64,000 bases of DNA from Utricularia gibba (Eukaryota; Plantae; Magnoliophyta). Under the pieces are notes generated by a model. That model was not told where the DNA came from. It saw only the letters and a list, made by a program, of their open reading frames with translations, and did no database searches. The translations under genes and the position numbers were made by a program. Location: contig NEEC01000018.1 in the NCBI GenBank assembly GCA_002189035.1, positions 1,488,001-1,552,000 of the forward strand, in the 5' to 3' direction. Of the stretch, positions 54,579 through 64,000 are shown in pieces; the first letter of the stretch is position 1, and every line of letters starts with the position of its first letter.

Positions 54579-54936
54579 ATGGATCCCAAGTACGCCTACC
54601 CTTATCCTGCGCCAGGTACCACCATATCATTTCCTCTCGCCCTTCCCTTCTTCACGGCTGACTTGCTCCCGTCGCTTACTCTAATCGAGGGTACCCGCCG
54701 CCGCCGGTCATGCCGCCGCCGCAATACTACGCCCCCCCGCCGCCGCCGGTGAGGAAGCACGGCTTCCTGGAAGGATGGTAAGCCCCTCCCCCTTTCCCAT
54801 ACTGGAAGCAGAAGAAGAAAGACAGATGAATGACCGAGCACCCTCCTGTGGTTGCAGTCTTGCGGCTCTGTGCTGCTGCTTCCTGATCGACGAGTGCTGC
54901 TGCCTCTTCGATCCGTCGATCCTCTGCGTTTGGTGA
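54579..54936 (+). CDS. Cysteine-rich transmembrane module (CYSTM) small protein, three exons, absent from the ORF track
   Basis: Spliced product MDPKYAYPYPAPGYPPPPVMPPPQYYAPPPPPVRKHGFLEGCLAALCCCFLIDECCCLFDPSILCVW*, with the CYSTM signature GFLEGCLAALCCC.L.DECC. Intron phases are consistent. Confidence 0.92.
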
Positions 54937-55094
54937 GGAAGACCTCTTCCTCTGTAGCCCCCCTCCGGTGTTGCCTGTCCATAACGCCGCCGCAGTCGTA
55001 CGGCCTCATTTTCTGAATCAATAAATCCATTTTTCACTATAAAAGTCATAAACAAAAATAAAACCAGATAATAATAAATGTTTCTAAACTATTA

Positions 55095-55452
55095 GGGTGC
55101 ATTTGATTACTGGTATAATAAAAATAGTGGGTTAGGATTAGATGTAATTATATTTTGATATGTTTGGTTTGTGTTTTAATAATTGGAATATGATAATTGT
55201 TTATATAATTAAAATGACGAAAATGTTATTATTTTTTTGAATTTGATTTTCTATTAAAAAAACAAAAGTCATTTATGATATTGTTGTATTTATTAAAAAA
55301 TCTCAACCAACAAATTTAGATTATTTTATCTTATTTTCGTGGAATAAAAAAATTATATATTATAAGATAACTAATTCTTTATTCGTAATCAAATACTAGA
55401 TAACGATATACTATTTAATTATCCCTACTTATCCAACGAACAAAACGTACCC
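55095..55452. mobile_element. Tourist-like (PIF/Harbinger) MITE
   Basis: TTA|GGGTGCATTTG ... CAAAACGTACCC|TTA: imperfect TIRs, identical 3-bp TTA flanks, about 358 bp AT-rich non-coding interior. Confidence 0.6.
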
Positions 55453-56717
55453 TTACTCTTTTTAGAATAGAAATTACTTCTATTTAATAAAAAAATTGTT
55501 TCACCAAAAAAATAAATCATTCCAAATAGAGTATAACTTTCTAATGTCATGGAAGATTCTTGCCCAATGAAGTGTATAAGAATTTTAGGTAAATTTTAGA
55601 TCGATTACACATGAGCTATAATGATAATTTATATAAAAAAAATATTCTTTAACTTTGCATTAGATTTTTTTTCAAAATAAGAAAATGTAAAATTATAATA
55701 ATTAAATATCTAAAACGAATAATATAGTATAAGAAATAGATAAATTGTTATATTTGGTAATCTTTCAAAAATTAATTTTTCATAAATTTTCTGAAGAATA
55801 AGTTATGCATACAAATCAATTTTTATTTGATAATAAAAATTATCATGCTCATCCAACAACAAAATATAATTATTTTATGTTGATAAAAAAGATACTAAAT
55901 GTTTTATAAATTCGTTATGGCTATAAAAAATTATATTTGGATTAAAATAGGAGATGAGATTTGAAGGATTGAAATGTAAATTTAGTGTTTACTGCTGACG
56001 TCATTTCACTAAATTCCACTATCTCGCCAAGGGGCCCCCCTATTTCTTGGATTCGCATGATTGATTACCAAATCGACTAGTGAATTAGATGGCGTGACCT
56101 TGGTGGCCTAAGTGATGTTGATTAATACCATAAAGTATCATTAATTGCCACCATATGTTTCACCACTATATCAATTCAAATTTTCAGTATCTGAAATAAA
56201 AAACTAAGACGTTAAACTGGATCAAAATATTGTATGATCGTTAAATTAGTATATTGAAATTTTTTTTATTTTGTGTCAAATTTGAATTTATTAATTAAGG
56301 ATTAAAAGATAATTTAATAATTAACTCATAATGCTAAATTATTATTATTTATTAAATTAAGAATTAACAGGTGTTTTTTATTATAAAATGTTTTTGTAAT
56401 ATATTATGAAATACTGGGCCGAACTGTTTACCAAGAGAAGGCCCAAACAAGTTGGCTCGTTTCCAGATGGATCACGAGAAGACCATGAATGATAGTGGAG
56501 GGGCCCAATAAAATAGCTCATTTACTGCCAGTTTATCTGGGAGCCCATTAAGCGTTGATGACGTAATTAGGGTTGATAGTCGTTTGAAATTGGGATTAGT
56601 TTATAGTCTCTTTTTTGAAAAAGCAAAACTGGGAAGTGGAAGGGAGAGAGATGCTTGTGCAACGTGCATTTGTGGGACGTTGGGATTCGGGAGAAGGCGG
56701 TGAAGCGCTCCGCTGGA

Positions 56718-59330
56718 ATGGGTTTTGCGATCGGGGGCGCTTCTCAGTCTTCGCTGCGCCGTTTGCCGTCACCATGTTGTTATGTTCCGTCGTCATTTCC
56801 TGGAACTACACGGAGAATCGCCTTCACCTCCAGGGCGCGGAAGATGGGAATTGTCGTCGCTGCTCAGAATCAAGAGAACCCGTTATTTTGCAGTGGCTCT
56901 TGTGCCAGGAGAGTGATCTTGTTCATCAGTTTCGCTCTGATTCCTTTTCTTGGTATGAGGATTAAGGCAATAGAGGGTCTTGCTTCAGGTTGGTCGTTTG
57001 TTTCTGTATTTTTTTGATTACTGCAGCGAATGTGGCATCGGCTATGTGTTCATCAATAGAGTTGTTATTTATAAGTAGCCTTAGGTAGAACGATTTTGAC
57101 TCTCTTTTGGAGGTAACAGGAAACGTTGCGTTTTCTTTCCAGAAAACACTGAATTCAAAGAAGGAGAAGAGAACAAGAAGGAAAAGGTATGCATCTAGAG
57201 TTCGGATTAGAGACTCTAAATCTATTGTTCTATGGTTTTTCCAGATGGATGATTCTTTTCAGGGGCCGTCATCTAAGAACCCCATTTTGTCACTTCTCAA
57301 TGCTATTGGTATTTTGGGGTCTGGGATTCTGGCCGCACTCTTTGCTTCTGCTAAGAGGTCTAAATCAAGGTCAGATGCCATCATAGAAACTGTAAGTTCT
57401 GGCCTTGCATACCAATCGTGCTGGTATTGTTATCTTCAGCTGGATGCTGTTTGGAAGCGCTCTTTTTTGCCATTGCCTTCTTGCTCTTCTGATTCCGTAT
57501 CATTTGTCTGAACCATTTTTTTACTTCTTAATAGTGAATTTTCTGATTAACATTCAAAATCTCTCCCAATTGTTTTCTCCCACTACGTGTGTGAAGTTAC
57601 AACTTGTGGCTTTGGTGAGCATTTCTATTCTTCTGATTTCTTTGGAACAGATGAAGCTTGAGCTGGAAGAGAAAAATGCTGCCATTGCTTCCTTAGAGAA
57701 AAAAATGGAGATGGAGCTTGTGAAGGAGAAGGAAATTTGGAACCATGCAATGAAGAAATCTAATGGAGAGCAGCAATCCTTAGCAAATAAGTTGGCTCTT
57801 GCGAATAATAAGATAATGAGTATGGGAAGGGAACTGCTTAAACAGAAACGATTAGTTGATGAGTTAAATTCCCAAGTCAATAATCTTGAGATGGACATTC
57901 ATGAAGCTGGAGTTTTCAGAAAAGAACTAGAAGAGTTGCTTAAGAATAAGATGGACACTTTATCCATATGCCAGGAACAGATTAGCTTGCTTTCGTCTAA
58001 AGTAAAGGAAAATGAAGACAATCTATCTCTCTTGAATTCAGAGGTTGACACGAAAGAGAGAGCTATCAACGAACTGGGGCTAGCGCGTGAAGAGTTGAAA
58101 AATCAGCTCACGGTTCTGAGGCTTGAAGTGAAAGAATTGAAAGATGCACTAGCGACCAAAGAAAGGGAAATGGAATGGAAGAGTGAAATGTTGGAAAAAC
58201 TGAAAGAAGAGTTGAAATCTTCTGTTGCTGAAAAGAATGAAATACTGAAGAAACTCAATGACGTGCAAGCAGAATATGAGCATTTTAAATCCATCACTGA
58301 GGAGAGGCTCGCTTTAGAAGCGAAGGAGCTGAGACAACACGAGCTGAAAATAAACCATCTGGAGGGGCAACTAAGGCTAACTATGGAGGATGTGAAGGCT
58401 AATGAAGTGTTGATTTCTCAAGTGAACGAGGAGAAGGAGATGCTGAAAGCAAAGTTGAAAGAGAAATCTGAAAGTGTAGAAGGCCTTCAACAGGAGCTTA
58501 CTACCACAAGGGAAACCTTGGTGAAATCAAGAGATGAAACTTCAGATCTTGCTAAACAGTTGCATCAGTCAAGAAGCGCATGCTCAGAGCTTGAAGCAAA
58601 TGCTTTCAAGGCTAAGGCCGAGTATAATGAAGCTAAAGAATCCTTTCAGAGAGATCTAGATCGCTTAAAGGAGCATATAAAATCTCTAAATGCTGAACTG
58701 GTCTCTGCAAATGAGATTATGAGTAAATCCAATACAGAGCTGCAGTCGGTTCACCAAGACTTGGCTACAGCAGTAGAAGAACGTGATAGCTTGAAAATGA
58801 AACTTACAGAAGCCTGTCTCAAAGAAGAAACTGCTGCTCGCGATCTTGAAAAAGAGCAGAAAAACATTTCATCCTTGAGGAACGAGCTAATAACATTGCA
58901 TGATGAAAGCTTCAAAGACAAAGAAGCTCGAAAGGATCTCGAGGCTAACCTGAAAGAAACCACAGAAACGTTAGATGAGATGAGCCTTAGCAGCATGAAG
59001 CTTTCAAAGGAGTTGGAGCTTGCTACCTCTGAACTGCTGTCGCTGGGCTATGAGAAAGACGCACTTCACCAAGCACTTGATGAACAAAAACGGTGTGCTG
59101 ATGGAGCCCGTCAGGACCTGGAAGATGCACACAACATGGTGGCAATGCTGGGGACAGAAACGGAGAAACTGAAAATGAAGACAACGAAGCTAGAAGAGGA
59201 GTTAGCTCGCGCCAAAGGTGAAATCTTGAAGCTCAAGTGCCAGAGTAGCTTGAAGAACGAAAAAGATCATCATGATCCCCTTACAAAAGTAGCTCGGAGA
59301 CGACGACTCCGTCCTCCGCAAGAAAAGTAA
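56718..59330 (+). CDS. MFP1: MAR-binding filament-like protein 1 (plastid coiled-coil)
   Basis: Transit-like N-terminus, RR..LF motif, NP.LSLLN.IG..GSG.L.ALFA hydrophobic segment, long coiled coil with DAHN and basic RRRR tail. Exons 56718-56988, 57143-57186, 57245-57391, 57651-59330. Confidence 0.88.
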
Positions 59331-60142
59331 GCAACACCTCACCTCTCCTGAAGCTGCAGTGTTCATATTCCAACTTGATGGAGTTTTGTTAGGGTCTTTC
59401 AGAACTTCGAGAACATTGGATGGCATTTGTGCTTGGGAACCAACGGCTAGTGAGGAGTCCCATGATTTGGGCTTAAATAAACGCGTTTGTTTCCAGTTTT
59501 AGCAATTTGTAAGAATTTTGGACACATCGGCCCAAGCCCAATAAGCTTTTTAGGGAATAAAACACGTGATTCGAAGGGAATGCGTAGTGGCAGTGGCGTC
59601 ACTTCAAGGCTTTCCATTCTGTGCCGGACCTCCGGGTCTAGGGTTTCAGGGACCGGAGCAAAGGGTATTGTAATAAGGTAACCATTTGGGGTTAACGAGT
59701 TTCGGTTTTAGGTATCGTGAAGCTCTCCGTATTCTTCGTTTTCGTCAATTTTACAATTGCAGAGCTCCCTTTTTATGCTTTTTTAGGTATTTTTGTTCCG
59801 CTATGCGAAGGTGGGATCTGTTCCATGTCTTCGCTTGTGGAGAAAATATGTGGGTTTTGAATTTGTAAGTGCATAGTTCATGGGTTGCCTGGTGGGAGTA
59901 CAGTGTTTTTAATGGCTAGTGTAGCTGCGAAACTGTTTTTCCATTAGGTGCAAACTGTGATTAAAATGCATCCTTCGTTAGCTATCCGGAAAAGTATGTG
60001 AGTTTTACGTTGGTCTTTTCTAGTATGTACTTGGGGACATGCTGAAAATGGGATATGCTTGGAAAAGTCATTTTTAGTATTCTTGCAGATATTTGTGTGG
60101 TGGAGGTTGAGTTCAAACTACTGGTTATATAAAGAACTTGTG

Positions 60143-61431
60143 ATGGGGGATTCACAAAACGATGTCCAGCATTCGAAAAAGAGAGCCGCAGGGGTACAGC
60201 TGACTCGTGACAACCCTGGCCTTGATGATGATGATGATGAGTCATCTGAACAAGCGTCTGGGACATTCAAAAGAGCAAGTGATGAGGTTCTGGCCACAAG
60301 AAGAATTGTGAAAGTCCGTCGTCAGCAAACACCATCGGTTTCAGCTGCACCAGATGCCTCTGCTGCTTCAAATCCTTTTTCTGCAGTTCGATTGCTCCCT
60401 GCTTCAGCAACCACACCTCAGGTAGTTACAGTAGAAGAAAGTGCCAATGGGGGAGATAAGAAAATTGGAGACAGCTCGGAGTTGGAGCTTCCAAACGCCG
60501 TTTCAGAGGCAGTTAATGAGAAGACTGAAATCACTGAGAACAGTGCTAAGCCCTCTGAAACTCCAGAGGGTCATGTAAGCTCTGAGAAGGATGAGGCTGC
60601 TGGTGCCAGTGAGCAAGAAGGTTTGAGCAATGCGAATCAGGTATCAGAAGACAAGGAGCCTGAGAATGGAGCTGGGAAAACAGAAGATGCAGATTTGAAT
60701 GAGGATGAGACCAAGGTGGGTGAAGAGGATGTTAATAAAGATGGTGGAGCGTCTAAAGAAGCATTAGGGGCAGAAAAGGGTGAAGAAAATAAGAGTTTGA
60801 GCTCATTTGGCAATTTATCCAGCCGCCAGAATGCATTCTCTGGGCTTTCAGGAACTGGTTTTTCTGGCACTTCATTTTCGTTTGGATCAATTCCCAAAGA
60901 TGGGGCACCTGGTTCCTTCAGTTTTGGTGCTTCCACCAATGGCGATGCCTCCATATTTGAGACTGCACAAAATGGCCCATCTTTGAGTGAAGCTGGAAAA
61001 ATCACTCCACTGCAAGAAATTCCAGTGGAAACAGGAGAGGAGAATGAGAATACCGTTTTCTCGGCTGATTCTGCGCTTTATGAATTTCTTGATGGGTCCT
61101 GGAAAGAACGGGGAAGGGAGAGCTCAAACTCAACCTATCCACTGAAGGAACACCAAAAGCTCGACTTGTCATGCGGACCAAAGGAAACCTCCGGGTAATT
61201 CTGAATGCGAGTCTTTTTCCAGACATGAAGATGACAGCCATGGATAAGAGAGGTATCAGTTTTGCTTGTGTCAACAGCATCAACGAAGGGAAACATGGTC
61301 TCTCCACGTATGCACTGAAGTTCAGGAACCCGTCGATTGTCGAAAACTTTGAAGCTGCCGTCACCAAGTATAAATGTGAGGTCTCTGCAGCCCCCCAAAC
61401 ACCAGAAAACTCCCCTAAGGCTACAGTGTAA
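60143..61431 (+). CDS. NUP50: Nucleoporin NUP50-like (NUP50 N-terminus plus RanBP1 domain); one apparent -1 frameshift near 61112
   Basis: [46 protein letters not shown] repeats, [13 protein letters not shown](K)[23 protein letters not shown]. Confidence 0.92.
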
Positions 61432-62157
61432 CGAGAAAACTGCAGCTGCAGCTTCAATCTTCTTCGTGTCTGTTGCTAGGGACCTCAGTCCGTTTATTGA
61501 GTCTTTGTTCTACAATGGTGGACCACCAATTGTAGCAAGTTCCTGGAACCTTGCACCCTTTTTTCGTATGACAGGGCGGCTTATAGCTTGAACTGTACCA
61601 CAGAATGCTAACAGCCAGCGTAGGGTCCATAGTCATACTCCATTGCTACATGACAACGAATCCAACTCATATATTCCAGTATTTTCTTCCAATTGGCAAG
61701 CCAATTGAAACTTGCGGGCCTTCAAAAGATGCCTTTTTTGCGTCGCTGAAGGGTATTGGATAACTTTTGGTTCTTCGTGGTCGACACCTAGGCCCCCACT
61801 GGGGTGGGGTGCTGGTGCTCCATTGTTGCAGAAGGCGAAGAAATGGGGATGAGGGGCAGAGAAAAAGTGAAGATGTACTTGAAGAAAAACATGTACCAGA
61901 ACCTTGGTGAATAAAGTGGCACTTTTGCAGGTCATTTTTTGGTAACTGTTTGACAGAGGAGCTACCAGTTTCATCTTCATAATCAAGCTTCTTTTGTCTG
62001 TCATCAATTCATTTGATCCTTCCTCTCCATAATACACAAACACCTCAAACTCAGAAAGAATCCGAAGATGAAGAAACACATTTCTTGAGAAACATACTTG
62101 CGCCTCAAAGAATGCATCCCATGGCAATAATAGGAAATTATCAGTGAATCATTTGTG

Positions 62158-63318
62158 CTAGTTGCTACTGTCTTCGTCTCTGCGCTCCAGTTTGCCACAG
62201 ACATTGCATTCCATGACGACAGGAGAAGAGGCACTGGATGGAGGTAAAGGACACAACGTTCCCCCACAGTTATCCCTCTGGCACATGTATCTAATGAAGA
62301 AATAAGCATGAGGAAAATCATCACTATTTCCCTCTTCAGTCCCCGTCTCCAGATCATCCCCCATATCATCATCATCATCATCATCATCATTATCGGCATC
62401 CATTCCTTGGTCATCATCTTCTTCATTATCAGACCAATTAGCCTCAACCCTGCAACGATCACAATCGCATGTAAAGCAGTAATCATCCTTCAGTCTCTGT
62501 TGCCTGTCCGAAAACTTGAGATTGACGGGGAAATAGCTCAGGCAAACTTCTCTGCCAGCAGGCAAATCATGGAGAACTCTTACAACAATTTCAGTGTTAC
62601 TAAAATCTGCACCAGAGTCCACATAATCAAATCTACAAGCATTTGGTAGACAATCATGGTTGAAAAATGATGCCTTTGGATATATTCCGTACGCTCTAAC
62701 ACTCCTTTCTTTCTCTTGATGAAAAGGTTCCATCAATCCAAATGCATTCACCTTGTCCTTGCTCAGTAGCGCGGCAGTAAGCTCAACAGAGAAGGCCCCG
62801 TGATTTCCATTATTCGGAAAGGTGCAAACGGAAGAAATCAACGAATGCAAGAAAGCAGATGTTTCGTCGACAATGGGTTCACCTTGGAGCGAAAGAAGCG
62901 TTTGAAACTGGACCGGTGACATCAACGCGAGATTATACGCAGACACGAGGAACCAAGATTGAACATGGCGATCAGGGTGGTGGTGGTGCAACGGGGAATC
63001 GGCACCTCGGAGGCGAGCCAAGGCTTGGCAGACAAATGGAGAGTGCGAGGACGACAAAGCTACAGATCGGCATCCCGGGGAGCAAAACAGCGAAGCCGTG
63101 GAGCAATGAGGGCAAGAAACCGCCTTCGAACAATGGGGCGGCACAATTCTGAAGCAGTGGGAGCAGTAATTGGCTCCGGTGGCGCCTCTCAGAGGCACAG
63201 CAGAGTAGAGTAGAAGTGGAGACTCCCTAAGAACTATTTCCCCGGCAGACAACGGCCGCGTACAGACCAAACCCCTCCCTCTGTTAGCCATCTCCACTAC
63301 CTTCAGCAATTCCCCCAT
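62158..63318 (-). CDS. ASHR2: SET-domain (SMYD-type) histone-lysine N-methyltransferase, single exon
   Basis: GRGLVCTRPLSAGEIVLRESPLL, split MYND-like Cys pairs, NAFGLMEP, AYGIYPKASFFNHDCLPNACRFDY, EVCLSYFP, F.C.CDRC, poly-Asp, FPHAYFF.RY.C. Start taken at MGELL (63318). Confidence 0.93.
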   Translation of the reverse strand: MGELLKVVEMANRGRGLVCTRPLSAGEIVLRESPLLLYSAVPLRGATGANYCSHCFRIVPPHCSKAVSCPHCSTASLFCSPGCRSVALSSSHSPFVCQALARLRGADSPLHHHHPDRHVQSWFLVSAYNLALMSPVQFQTLLSLQGEPIVDETSAFLHSLISSVCTFPNNGNHGAFSVELTAALLSKDKVNAFGLMEPFHQEKERSVRAYGIYPKASFFNHDCLPNACRFDYVDSGADFSNTEIVVRVLHDLPAGREVCLSYFPVNLKFSDRQQRLKDDYCFTCDCDRCRVEANWSDNEEDDDQGMDADNDDDDDDDDMGDDLETGTEEGNSDDFPHAYFFIRYMCQRDNCGGTLCPLPPSSASSPVVMECNVCGKLERRDEDSSN

Positions 63319-64000
63319 CTTCCTACGACGAAACCCACAAAACCGGAAACCCCAAAGCTGAAAAAAGATGAAGCGAGACACTCTCCCTAATCGGAGAAGA
63401 AAACACTGACGGCGGTCGCAAACTTTTCTTGGTTTTCCCTAACGCGATTTTCTTAGATTTTTTTAGTAATAAATGTTGGTGGGGGCTTTTCTGGCAACGT
63501 CGCCCTAAAAAAACCCTAGTGTCCAGATATTTATAATTTAATTAGAATTTACACACAATAATTCGCATTTCGAAAATATGGAGTTGCATGATGTAGTTAA
63601 TTTCCACACACATGGTGGGAACTGGGATATGATGGATCCCTGCACCACACACACTACACACCACACATTTCACCTAACATTCAGATTTTAATAATTATTC
63701 ATATTATTAAAATTAAGAATTTGATAGGTTAGATGAACTTACGTGAATCTTAAATATATAGAAAACATAAATTACATTTGAATAAAATAAACCTATTAGT
63801 GATATAAAACCTCTTATATATTCATTTCATTTTAAATTTATAATGTAAGATTATTTATTTTAATATATGCTCTTAGGTCAAACTTATCTTTGATCATTTG
63901 TTTTTTTAGTATGATTGTTAAATAGTATTCAAGTCATAAATCGATTTAATTTTATCACTTAAGTTCAATATATCTTATTATTTTATTTTTTTAATTGTAA

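Overview
Gene-dense angiosperm (eudicot-like) nuclear DNA. It holds about 20 apparently functional protein-coding genes, mostly with short introns, separated by very AT-rich spacers: TOM2A-like (truncated at the left edge), PLL1-type PP2C, HOP/STI1, a PMEI-domain gene, copper amine oxidase, a maspardin-like hydrolase, an IRK-interacting-like gene, CPD photolyase, DUF863, TVP38/TMEM64, CCS, NRS/ER, a DUF4378-like gene, a DREB A-4 factor, HD-Zip II, DUS2, CYSTM, MFP1, NUP50 and ASHR2. Three stretches the ORF track does not explain are decayed copies of essential housekeeping genes: proteasome beta-3 (PBC), transportin-1 (TRN1) and cysteine desulfurase (NFS1). All three are eroded by substitutions, and PBC and NFS1 also by many internal deletions, some apparently bounded by microhomology. 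Ten apparent single-base losses, mostly in G/C/A runs, break otherwise intact genes and are most likely consensus-sequence errors. Other points: CCS appears to lack its plastid transit peptide but keeps the miR398 site, there are two orphan DRE or ABRE+DRE clusters, one Tourist-like MITE, and one unassigned spliced-gene-like tract. I found no tRNA, rRNA, CRISPR array or convincing miRNA hairpin, and no evidence of a novel multi-gene system. Family calls rest on motifs and reference sequences recalled from memory; no database search was run.
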